From Minisyncoccia bacterium (GTDB lineage: Bacteria > Patescibacteriota > Minisyncoccia > Phycocordibacterales > Phycocordibacteraceae), in the NCBI GenBank assembly GCA_038212075.1, contig JBBQUV010000002.1, forward strand, positions 7,343-71,342: DNA of 64,000 bases, read 5' to 3'. Each line of letters begins with the position of its first letter. The stretch's first letter is position 1. The notes beneath the pieces were generated by a model. That model made no database searches and had not been told where the DNA came from. It saw only the letters and a list, made by a program, of their open reading frames with translations. Positions 18,367-26,936 of this stretch are shown here, one piece after another. The translations under genes and the position numbers were made by a program.

Positions 18367-19343
18367 AGGCCAAAGAAGTTAGTGCCATTTGTTTGCCCAA
18401 AATGCACCGCAAGGGCAGCCTGCCCTGACTGATATGAACCATTTTGCGATGCCTGTGCGGAAAGTGCGGCGGTACCAGGGGTATCGCCTGTAGTTCGTAC
18501 GGTAATAATTGGATCGCTTCCGCTCACTTCCCCGTTCACGCTCCACGTAAATGCAGTCTCCCCTGAGAAGAAATAGGGAACGGCACGAAACGCATCTTCA
18601 CCGCCGTTCATTGAGAAAGAAGTTCCTATTGCCATATCGAAATTTGGTCCAGCAAGGGGGCTACTATGATAAATCACCATCAACGGGTCAACGGGCGCAA
18701 CGGTAATCGCAGTGTGTGCCGCCACACTACCATCTGGTGCTGAAACGGTGAGCGAAACATCGGTGTCGCGGTAGCGTATAGGTGCCGTTGCAGAAAGAAC
18801 CGAATGCCCAATACCTGACTGAGCGGTAAGTAGTTGATTACCTACTTTCCATGTATAGATGAGTGTTTCAGGTGCAAGTAATCCCTTGGCATTTCTAAGC
18901 TCTGGAAGTGCAATAAAACGGAGTCGACCCTCAGAAGCAATAAGATTTGCTCCTGCGTAAAAAGGATGGGTTGTCGACATCGGCTCCATCACAAGCGCCA
19001 CGCTCGCCGGACGGATGACTACTGTTTTTTGATACTTTCCTTGGAGCGATTCTATGGACACCACAATAGTGTCTACCGCTCCTCCCGCTCCAACTTGGAA
19101 CGCCGCTCCTTGTGAACCACTTCCCTTACTCAAGACCGTGCCATTTGCTGATATGGTGACAACAGCAGTTGCAAGGTCAACAAGGGTGCTTTGTGGAGTG
19201 ATCGTAACCGTTTCGTACGGTGCAGGGTACTGGGGAAAAATCCCAACCGTAAGCGGGTCGGCTCCGAGCATCTGAGCGTGCACTGGTATGGTGCAGGCAA
19301 GAATGGCAACACAGCTTCCTAAGAAAAATCCCCAATGTCGCAT
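18363..19343 (-). CDS. Secreted hypothetical protein in the T4SS-like island (signal peptide; probably beta-rich).
   Basis: N-terminus MRHWGFFLGSCVAILACTIPVHAQ looks like a signal peptide. No recognisable family motif. Confidence 0.4.
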   Translation of the reverse strand: MRHWGFFLGSCVAILACTIPVHAQMLGADPLTVGIFPQYPAPYETVTITPQSTLVDLATAVVTISANGTVLSKGSGSQGAAFQVGAGGAVDTIVVSIESLQGKYQKTVVIRPASVALVMEPMSTTHPFYAGANLIASEGRLRFIALPELRNAKGLLAPETLIYTWKVGNQLLTAQSGIGHSVLSATAPIRYRDTDVSLTVSAPDGSVAAHTAITVAPVDPLMVIYHSSPLAGPNFDMAIGTSFSMNGGEDAFRAVPYFFSGETAFTWSVNGEVSGSDPIITVRTTGDTPGTAALSAQASQNGSYQSGQAALAVHFGQTNGTNFFGL

Positions 19344-19392
19344 AGATAAAGTATACCGCCTCCATGCACATCATCGAAAAGTGCACTGGGTA

Positions 19393-20217
19393 CTAAACGA
19401 TGTACTTCATAATTCCGGAGGCATGCATTTTTTCAAGTGCTCCGTTGAATAGTTTGACGATTTTCTTTTCCTTATAGAACGCCATTAGTACGATAATGGT
19501 ATTTGCAGGGATAATTTGTAGAAACGGTATAATTTCAATAAGAATTGCAATAAAAAGGCGTTTCCAAAGCCACTTAATTACGGCTTTTTTCCACCAGCCG
19601 CCGCTAATTTTATTCCACGTCCACAACGTTAAGATGGCGCCGAGCACAATCCCTAAAAAAGAAGCAAGAATTACTCCAATACCTGTTAAATCTGCAGGTA
19701 GATCAAGAATATCTTTAGCAAGACCAACACTAAACATGAAAATAGGGAACGAAGGTTTGGCTGGCGGTGCCTCGGTCGCCAATTTTTGAGCATCAGTTGT
19801 ATGGAATTCCTCTCCTTTCTGTCTGAAGTCTTCCGCAATATCATCTAAGGTTTTGTGTATATGTGCACGTACGAGTTGAGGACTTACTCCATTTATGGAA
19901 TAGCGGGATCGCGAGGTAGTGACTTCGGACTCGCTTTCAGTTTCTTCTTCATATTCAGATTCTTCCTCTTCGGAATCTTGTGATTGTGTAGAAGAACGTA
20001 GTTGCTGGAACCGTCGTGTATTTCGTCCGTAGCGTGCAATTCCTGATTCAGTTTCAGCCGCACCAGCCGCCGCTCCCTCAGACGTTGCCGCACCCGCGGC
20101 TCCTTCAGCAGCGCCGGCTGCTCCAGTGGCAGCCAATCCTTCTGCGGCCGCTCCCCCTACAACCGCTCCTTCCGCCGCCCCACCAGCAACCGCTGCTGCA
20201 ACGATGAGTGGTGGCAT
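19393..20217 (-). CDS. Membrane protein with a low-complexity Ala/Gly-rich, acidic N-terminal region and C-terminal TM helices.
   Basis: N-terminus (GAAEGAx)n, then SEEEESEYEEETESESE, then a C-terminal hydrophobic segment with Trp-rich amphipathic stretches. T4SS island member. Confidence 0.4.
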   Translation of the reverse strand: MPPLIVAAAVAGGAAEGAVVGGAAAEGLAATGAAGAAEGAAGAATSEGAAAGAAETESGIARYGRNTRRFQQLRSSTQSQDSEEEESEYEEETESESEVTTSRSRYSINGVSPQLVRAHIHKTLDDIAEDFRQKGEEFHTTDAQKLATEAPPAKPSFPIFMFSVGLAKDILDLPADLTGIGVILASFLGIVLGAILTLWTWNKISGGWWKKAVIKWLWKRLFIAILIEIIPFLQIIPANTIIVLMAFYKEKKIVKLFNGALEKMHASGIMKYIV

Positions 20218-20220
20218 AGA

Positions 20221-22050
20221 TTATTGCGCTCCCCCGCCGCCTTCCGCGTCTAACCGATCTTTTTCACGCTTTATAGAAAGGAGTTGTGAAGGATCGGAAG
20301 TGATAATTTGGTCTTCGGTGTATGACGCCACTATTTTTATGGCAACGTGTTTAAGCCCTGCAAAAAAGAGCCCCTCCCCTACTCCGGATTCAAGAAGCAG
20401 ATATTTTTCCTCGTCGGTAAGATTGAACGTTTTCTGGAGCACATCAATAGTGGTCGGTGATTGTTTTAATAAAAGCTGGATAGAAGAGTTTGTCAGAATG
20501 GGGCGCCCGTATGGTGAGGTTAAGAAGTCTTCAACGTCTTGGGTGATAGTTGCAACACCAAGGAAGTATTTGCGTCCGCGTTTTGCAAGCGAATAGAGGA
20601 ATGATGCCGTATCTTCCGACTTCATCATCCACCACGCTTCGTCGATAACAAGCAGACGTTTTTTGAGCTCACGACGAATGGCATTCCAAATGAAGTGCGT
20701 GATGATATACATCGCCACCGGTTTTAGTTCGTCTTCCATATCTCGCACCGAGAACACAATGAATTGTTTGTTGATGTCGACGTTTGTTGGCTGGTTTAAG
20801 AAACCTGACCACGTACCATGGGTATATTTTGACAGACGTTGCACCAGCGACTCACTTCCTTCCATGCCAGAAAGCACGGCTTCAAAGTCGGAGAGGAGTG
20901 GTGGCTCTACACCGCTAAAGTCACGATCGCCTGAAATATCTTTTAAGGCATAGGTCTCACTAATGGCACGGTCAACAATAGCGTCTTCCTCTGGCGTGAG
21001 CCCGCCAAGCATAATGCGGAAGAGTCCAACAAGGGTGATGATGTTAGAGCGAAGAATATCGCCTGGTTCCTCCCCTTCTCGTACTACCGGAAGATCAAAG
21101 GGGTTGATGTGGTGTTCACTCGAAAGAGAAATATCGAACATGCGTCCACCAGCCGCTTCCGCAAGATATTCATACTCACGTTCTGGGTCAATCACAATCA
21201 CGTCGGTATCAAACATAAGCGAACGAAGAATTTCGAGTTTCACCGCAAATGACTTTCCGGAACCAGACTTTGCAAAGGTTACGGAGTTGTAGTTTTCAAG
21301 CGAGAATCGATCAAAAAGAATGAGCGAAGAGTTATGGCGGTTAATGCCAAAGAGAATGCCGTGGTCACTCGTAAGATCAAATGATACAAACGGAAAGATA
21401 GAAGAAAGTGGCGAAGAGTTGAGTTTTTGATGCACATTCAATTCATCAAGTTCCAGTGGAAGTGTGGAGCGGAAACCTTGTTCCTGTTGAAACAGTGCTG
21501 GCTTTGTATATACGAGCTTCGCATCCAAAATACCGCGAATTTCACCCTCAACCTTATCCAATTCTTCTTTTGAGTTTGCGTAAAGGGTCATATAGAGCCC
21601 AATCTCAAAGAGTTTTTCCTGCACTTGTTGGAGTTGATCGCGCAGATTTTCAATATCTTGGTATGCCGTATCAAGCATTGGGTCGCGTACCAATCCTTTT
21701 TGTTCGCGTTCTGCTATCTGGCTCTGCACTTCCGCGACTTTCTTTTGAAATTGACGAAGCACCTCACCTGTTTCAAGTGGGTGTATGAAAATACTGATAT
21801 CAAGTACTTGGTCGAGGTTAATGATGGGCGTAAACCAACTATCAGTCAAAAAGCGTGGATAGGAAATAGTGTAGTAGGAACGGGCAAATTTTTCGCCAAG
21901 TTCAAGTTCGCGAGCACTTACTTTGAGCGCCGCCGGCGCAATCATGTCGGCTAAATCAAGTGCGCCCTGCGCATAAATATCACGCGGCAAAATCGGCGTA
22001 ATTTTCGGGTCTTCTTTTTTCCCGCGATTAAGAAAATCAAGTAATGCCAT
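20221..22050 (-). CDS. virB4: VirB4/TrbE/PrgJ-family T4SS ATPase, C-terminal NTPase part.
   Basis: 609 aa. Walker A AKSGSGKSF and Walker B LLVIDEAWWMM, with VirB4-like length and arrangement. Confidence 0.75.
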   Translation of the reverse strand: MALLDFLNRGKKEDPKITPILPRDIYAQGALDLADMIAPAALKVSARELELGEKFARSYYTISYPRFLTDSWFTPIINLDQVLDISIFIHPLETGEVLRQFQKKVAEVQSQIAEREQKGLVRDPMLDTAYQDIENLRDQLQQVQEKLFEIGLYMTLYANSKEELDKVEGEIRGILDAKLVYTKPALFQQEQGFRSTLPLELDELNVHQKLNSSPLSSIFPFVSFDLTSDHGILFGINRHNSSLILFDRFSLENYNSVTFAKSGSGKSFAVKLEILRSLMFDTDVIVIDPEREYEYLAEAAGGRMFDISLSSEHHINPFDLPVVREGEEPGDILRSNIITLVGLFRIMLGGLTPEEDAIVDRAISETYALKDISGDRDFSGVEPPLLSDFEAVLSGMEGSESLVQRLSKYTHGTWSGFLNQPTNVDINKQFIVFSVRDMEDELKPVAMYIITHFIWNAIRRELKKRLLVIDEAWWMMKSEDTASFLYSLAKRGRKYFLGVATITQDVEDFLTSPYGRPILTNSSIQLLLKQSPTTIDVLQKTFNLTDEEKYLLLESGVGEGLFFAGLKHVAIKIVASYTEDQIITSDPSQLLSIKREKDRLDAEGGGGAQ

Positions 22051-22052
22051 AG

Positions 22053-22751
22053 CTACTGTGGTCGATCATACACTGCCGGACTCGCTCCTTGCTGGTGTAT
22101 CGGACTTTCAAGCTCACCCAAGTTGAACGAACGGTACAAAAGTTCAATTACTTCTTCGGTACCAAGTGCCGCGGCACGCACGCCTGAACCCGAGAGCCCA
22201 CCAGCAACAAGCGACATGCGTTGCTCAAGCTGTATGCGGTGTTCATCAAAGGATGTTGTAAATTCAGTCGCTCCTGACCCTGACGAGTGACCAAGAAATG
22301 GCAATGATGTCTTTATGGCACTGATACCGGGAGCACTGTATGGCACGATGACGTAGAACGTTTTTGCCATAATGTTTGCGGCATCGGAAAATCCGCGTAC
22401 AAATTGTATATACTCGCGTACCTGAATTTTCATTAGCTCTGTTCCCTGGAGCGGTTCGCGCTCAGCCAGAAGTGACAAGTACGGACGGATATCCATTTTG
22501 CGAGAGTGCACTACAATTTGGATTGAAAAATCAAGGGTATTTAAAAAGTTTTGGAATCCGCCAATAATTCCACGCTGTTCGTCTTCTGATTTCAGCGCGA
22601 AGTTGACTGACGAACACATAAGTACGCCGCGATAACCACCGTCTTTAAGGAGAATAACGCCGTTGCGTACTTCTTTCACAGGAACAAATGTTTGTGTGGC
22701 TTTTGTGTCAGGCATATTACTGATCGAGCTGTTCGTTACTGCGTATGTCAA
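22053..22751 (-). CDS. VirB4 N-terminal domain-like protein, encoded as a separate ORF directly upstream of the ATPase part.
   Basis: 232 aa. VPVKEVRNGVILLKDGGYRGVLMCSSVNFALKSEDE resembles the N-terminus of Gram-positive VirB4 homologs (PrgJ/TcpF: I.LKDGSY..V.E...INF.L). Its stop codon abuts the start codon of 20221..22050. Confidence 0.5.
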   Translation of the reverse strand: MTYAVTNSSISNMPDTKATQTFVPVKEVRNGVILLKDGGYRGVLMCSSVNFALKSEDEQRGIIGGFQNFLNTLDFSIQIVVHSRKMDIRPYLSLLAEREPLQGTELMKIQVREYIQFVRGFSDAANIMAKTFYVIVPYSAPGISAIKTSLPFLGHSSGSGATEFTTSFDEHRIQLEQRMSLVAGGLSGSGVRAAALGTEEVIELLYRSFNLGELESPIHQQGASPAVYDRPQ

Positions 22752-23145
22752 GCGACCACGCTAGGTCGTGAAGCTTCCCGCGAGTGAGTCCAAGTTTTGC
22801 ACGAGCGTTTTTATCTGTCTTCGGTGCCGCTTTCGGCGTCATTGCCTCAATCTCTTTGTCGGTTTTAGGTATTTTTTTCCATAAATACAGCCTCCCTCCC
22901 GTGAAGTATACAAACCCTGCTTCCAAAATATCTTCAAAAGGCTTGTTGTTGACGCGGTAGAACGCCAGTGCACCTGTAAGTCCAGCAACAGGAAGCGCAA
23001 CAAGGACAGCAAAAAGTAACGGAAGGTAGAAAAAAGCGATAGCGCATACGCCCGCACCGCCCGCAATATAAATAAATTGCTTCAGCGTGAATGGTCCGAA
23101 AATCTTATCTTCAATCTCAATGAATTGAGGAACTTGGTACTCCAT
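22717..23145 (-). CDS. PrgI/TcpE-family (VirB3-like) T4SS membrane protein.
   Basis: MEYQVPQFIEIEDKIFGPFTLKQFIYIAGGAG... followed by two TM helices. This matches the PrgI family consensus (VP..i..edkifG.lTlRQ). It sits immediately upstream of virB4, as in Gram-positive conjugation loci. Confidence 0.6.
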   Translation of the reverse strand: MEYQVPQFIEIEDKIFGPFTLKQFIYIAGGAGVCAIAFFYLPLLFAVLVALPVAGLTGALAFYRVNNKPFEDILEAGFVYFTGGRLYLWKKIPKTDKEIEAMTPKAAPKTDKNARAKLGLTRGKLHDLAWSLDIRSNEQLDQ

Positions 23146-23183
23146 TCCTTTAGTATATCAGCCCGCACACGCACATTGCGTCG

Positions 23184-23777
23184 TTAATGACTGCTAGAAG
23201 ACGCGGGCTTGCTTGAGCCACTTGCTGACTTACCCGCACCTCCACCACTGCCAGCAAATTTTCGAATTTGCACGCCAAGCCATCCTATAAGAAATGGAAA
23301 TCCAAACAACAACTCAAGAGCACCCATACTCATTCCAATTGAAGCACCAAACCCAACCGTGTGGCCAGTAAGTGCCGCCGCACCAGAATAAGAAGCTGCC
23401 CCAGCCCCCGCGATACCTGCCGCCGCCGCGCTCCCTGCCCCAGCGAGTGTCCAGAGAGCAACAGCTCCTGCCCCGCCAGTAAACGATGCCCCACTTGCGT
23501 ACCCACTTCGCATAAGGGAAAAGAGAGACTTTTTTTCAACAGAAGGTACCGCCGCGGTTTGCGGCGGTACAGTATTCGGCTGAACACCTACCGACTCATT
23601 TGGTTGCACTGCCCCTCGCTCACGTAATTGCTGGAGACGTTCCGCACGTACCGTTACCGTTTCGGGGTCTGGTGGAGACACAACGGGATTACTTTCAACC
23701 GTTACCGGTTGTTCTTGCGTTACTTCGTCTTGGTGAGGGTTCTGTTCTAGACCTCGTTCGGGGGTTGATTCAGCCAT
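23184..23777 (-). CDS. Small membrane protein with Gly/Ala-rich hydrophobic helices. A second pilin-like protein is possible.
   Basis: 197 aa. Polar Pro/Gln-rich N-terminus, then two Gly/Ala-rich hydrophobic segments and a Ser/Gly tail. Confidence 0.35.
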   Translation of the reverse strand: MAESTPERGLEQNPHQDEVTQEQPVTVESNPVVSPPDPETVTVRAERLQQLRERGAVQPNESVGVQPNTVPPQTAAVPSVEKKSLFSLMRSGYASGASFTGGAGAVALWTLAGAGSAAAAGIAGAGAASYSGAAALTGHTVGFGASIGMSMGALELLFGFPFLIGWLGVQIRKFAGSGGGAGKSASGSSKPASSSSH

Positions 23778-23799
23778 TACCCACTAGAATACCACTTCT

Positions 23800-24657
23800 C
23801 TATTCGGGTGTTTCGCGGTACGGATCAACACCATAGTTTTTAAGTACCGCATGGAGTGAATCTTTTGTTGTTGGCGCGGCGGTTGTTTGAGGGTCTTGTG
23901 CCGGCGTTCCAGCTGGCGTTGGTCGCCATTGCGGTTGTACAGGCGGCATCTGTGGAGGTTCAGGCAGTATTGGTGTTGGTAGCGGAACTGGAACAGAAAC
24001 GGGTTGTATGTAAGGAGCCATAGACGGCAGTTGTGCAGGAAGCGGTGTAGGTACGCTTGGCACAGACGGTATCGAAGAATATGACGCAGGTGGCATCGTT
24101 GGCATAGGAAGCCCTGTTTCTTTTGGAGCAAGGGGTTCATATCGCGGCATAGTTGGTGCGGATTCTTGGGGGATCTCCGGTTGTTTAATCGGGGCACTTG
24201 CTTGTGCAAAAATTGCAGGCGGTGGCGGTGGTTGCTTTACCGGCATGGGCGCTACATATAAAGGAGCGCTTTCTTCGGGGATAGGCGTTGCGACCGGCGT
24301 GGGTGCGGGTATGGGTTCCGGTGTTGGTTCTTCTTGAGGCTCCGCCGGTGGCGCATTACGTATTTCATCGCGAAGTACCTTGAAAACTCGCTCGTTCAAC
24401 GCACTAATGATTGCGTCTGCGCTTGCGTCCGGTACCCCCATTTGGGCAAGTTCAGACTGGAACTGCACGGGACTTGAAAGCCCAAGGAGCATATTTGTTG
24501 CCGCCTGCGCGATTAGTCCAACCGTGTCTACATGCAGTCCGTAGGTTCCTGCCAGTTCTTGTAATAATTCAAAGAGTTTTGTGCTCGCAATATACGCACG
24601 TACCGGTTCCGGTAGTTTTTTATATGCATCACCCATTTGTTCAGGAGTAGGATTCAT
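23800..24657 (-). CDS. Proline-rich hypothetical protein.
   Basis: 285 aa. Helical N-terminal domain of about 100 aa, then long PxP-rich low-complexity sequence. Confidence 0.4.
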   Translation of the reverse strand: MNPTPEQMGDAYKKLPEPVRAYIASTKLFELLQELAGTYGLHVDTVGLIAQAATNMLLGLSSPVQFQSELAQMGVPDASADAIISALNERVFKVLRDEIRNAPPAEPQEEPTPEPIPAPTPVATPIPEESAPLYVAPMPVKQPPPPPAIFAQASAPIKQPEIPQESAPTMPRYEPLAPKETGLPMPTMPPASYSSIPSVPSVPTPLPAQLPSMAPYIQPVSVPVPLPTPILPEPPQMPPVQPQWRPTPAGTPAQDPQTTAAPTTKDSLHAVLKNYGVDPYRETPE

Positions 24658-24662
24658 ACGTT

Positions 24663-26933
24663 TTATATTCTGCGTCCGCGATTACGCGTGTTATCTCCAG
24701 CCGCCCCTCCCGCACTGCGGTAGTTATTGGCATTACTCGACTGCGTTCCACCTCCGGCAGGCGCGGCGGGTGGTGCTTTTACCTTCCAGTTCATTTGACC
24801 GGCGGAGAATGGGTTTTTGGCAAAATATGCTTCGATATCTTCACGCTGCTTCCCTGTCGTCGTCAGAAGTTCAGTACGTAATTGCTCAAGCTGTTTCGGA
24901 TTGAATTTATTTTTTGTGAGTGCGGCTTGAATAGCAGATGCATCAAAGGCTTTCAGAAGTTGTTTGTTTTTAACAATAACCTCAGCCTCAACTTTCATTT
25001 TCGTTTCCGCATTCATGTTGTTCCAAATCTGGAGGGACTCAGGATGACCGCGCTCAATTCTTCCGGCAGGCGTGTTTTGTCGCGCCATTTTACGGAGCGA
25101 ATCTGACAAGTCGTCACTTTTATCCAATGCTTCCAATTGGGTCTCCTTAAGCGCACTCTTAAATTCCGTAGTGTCATGCTGGATAATTCTCTTGAATTTC
25201 TCGTTGTCTGCCTTTGCCAATTGAACCAAATCCTTAGTAGTGAGATCTTTCGCGTTTGATTCATCGTAGCGTGCAAAACGAGCTGTACCCATTTTATGTT
25301 GAACATCTTCAGGCACTTCCTTGCTATCCATCAGTTTTGCAAATTTCTCCGGACTCAATACCTCACCAAGTTTTTTAACTTGCTCGTCGCTCATAGTCTT
25401 AATAGCCTCCTCAAGACCGTGCAAGTTCATCTCACGAGCGCGACCCTCAGCTTCTTCCTTATCTGCTGGGTTACCGCTTTGTGCCTTATCGAGAGCATCT
25501 TTCAAATCCTGCCCCTCAAGTGCAAGGTGCAATTCTTTGCCGCGTTCTTTCAGTTCTTTCTCACGATCATCATGTGATTGGAAACCTCCAATTTTTGCGC
25601 CAGAGGCACCCTTTAGACCAGAATTGATACCATCATCAACGGCTGTGCCCGCAAACCCAACTGCCCACTTCCCCACTTTGCCACCAAGTGTTGTTGGCTT
25701 CCAGAGGGCGTGTTTCTGCGCACGTTGCCCCGCTTTTACGTTGTATGCCTTTCTGAGTGCCGCGGCACCACGGCCAACAGTTTCGCGACCAAGAACGGCA
25801 AAAGGATACGACACCGCTTTCGTAGCAATGTTTGTGGCAAACGCCGCTCCATAGGCACCCATCTCTTTTGCCACCGTAAGTGCGGTAATCAGAAAGCCAA
25901 TGACAAGAGCGAAAAGAAACAGTGTGGAGAATGTCCCTGGCCCGCTTGGGTTAAACATGTCGGTAAGAGGGGCGCTAAAAAGATCGGGATTAGACGCGGC
26001 AACACCTTCGCCTATTTTGAGACCGACAAACACTAAGAGAAGAAGCACGGGAGCAAAAAAGGACTGCGCAAGAAGCGTATCCCACCATTTTTTGGCATAG
26101 CCCTCAAGAAACGGCACGGCAAGACCCGCAAAACCGATAGGTGAAAGCACCATAAGAAATACCAGCACCACCGCGCGAGTCATAAGCATGATGGCCATCG
26201 CTATCAATACCATCATTAACACCAACTCAACGACAGAGAGGCCCAGATACCCTGTAAGTCCAAAGTCGTATTTAAACCCGGGGTGTATTACGGTATTTAC
26301 TTTACTGTCACCCATTATCATTCCTGCAACTCCATAGTTCGGATTTGCAGCACAGCTTGTATCTAAAAATGACTTTTTCAAACAACCACTCCCATCTTGG
26401 TTGATAGATTGGCTGTAAAGAGCCGCACTTAAAACGTTCGACACATCAATAATTGCTTGAGACGCGAGAAGACTGAAGTTTAAAAGCACGGCAAAAATGA
26501 TAAGGCGTGGGAGCGTTTTTTTCACTTCGTAGCCATGGATGTCAAGAATGGTTGCAACGCCCATAAAGACGAAACCAAATATGAGTCCGATGTTGGCTAC
26601 ATCGCGAAGTACACCCCAGCCCGCGTAGATACCTCCATTTTTCCCAAGGAAAGCGGCAAATCCAAAAACAGTTTCCGAAATAATAATATTAAAAAGAAAT
26701 GCGGTAATGGAAAGAAAAACACCAATAAGTTCATAAATGGCATACCCAATACCGCTAAACGCGCAGGTAATTGGGCTACCGACACAGCCGACAAAATTAA
26801 ATAAAGCATCCGTTGCTCCAGCATGAGCAACTATTGGTACTTCAAGAATCAATACCAGTACAAAGACAGATAAAATGCGCCAAGGCCCTTTACCGTAGGT
26901 GGCGAAGAGTTTTTTAAAGGTAGTCCTCACCAT
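24663..26933 (-). CDS. VirB6/TrbL-like polytopic membrane protein with a large C-terminal charged coiled-coil domain.
   Basis: 756 aa. At least six TM helices in the first 400 aa or so, then a hydrophilic Lys/Glu-rich region. Domain architecture and position within the T4SS island support the call. Confidence 0.5.
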   Translation of the reverse strand: MVRTTFKKLFATYGKGPWRILSVFVLVLILEVPIVAHAGATDALFNFVGCVGSPITCAFSGIGYAIYELIGVFLSITAFLFNIIISETVFGFAAFLGKNGGIYAGWGVLRDVANIGLIFGFVFMGVATILDIHGYEVKKTLPRLIIFAVLLNFSLLASQAIIDVSNVLSAALYSQSINQDGSGCLKKSFLDTSCAANPNYGVAGMIMGDSKVNTVIHPGFKYDFGLTGYLGLSVVELVLMMVLIAMAIMLMTRAVVLVFLMVLSPIGFAGLAVPFLEGYAKKWWDTLLAQSFFAPVLLLLVFVGLKIGEGVAASNPDLFSAPLTDMFNPSGPGTFSTLFLFALVIGFLITALTVAKEMGAYGAAFATNIATKAVSYPFAVLGRETVGRGAAALRKAYNVKAGQRAQKHALWKPTTLGGKVGKWAVGFAGTAVDDGINSGLKGASGAKIGGFQSHDDREKELKERGKELHLALEGQDLKDALDKAQSGNPADKEEAEGRAREMNLHGLEEAIKTMSDEQVKKLGEVLSPEKFAKLMDSKEVPEDVQHKMGTARFARYDESNAKDLTTKDLVQLAKADNEKFKRIIQHDTTEFKSALKETQLEALDKSDDLSDSLRKMARQNTPAGRIERGHPESLQIWNNMNAETKMKVEAEVIVKNKQLLKAFDASAIQAALTKNKFNPKQLEQLRTELLTTTGKQREDIEAYFAKNPFSAGQMNWKVKAPPAAPAGGGTQSSNANNYRSAGGAAGDNTRNRGRRI

Positions 26934-26936
26934 ACG

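Noticed and set aside
25296-26100. Plus-strand ORFs (e.g. 25321..25854 at 177 aa) antisense to the VirB6-like gene.
   Set aside because: They lie fully within the 756-aa minus-strand gene, which has coherent TM-plus-coiled-coil architecture. Their translations are Ser/Ala/Pro-rich and compositionally biased, as antisense frames usually are.
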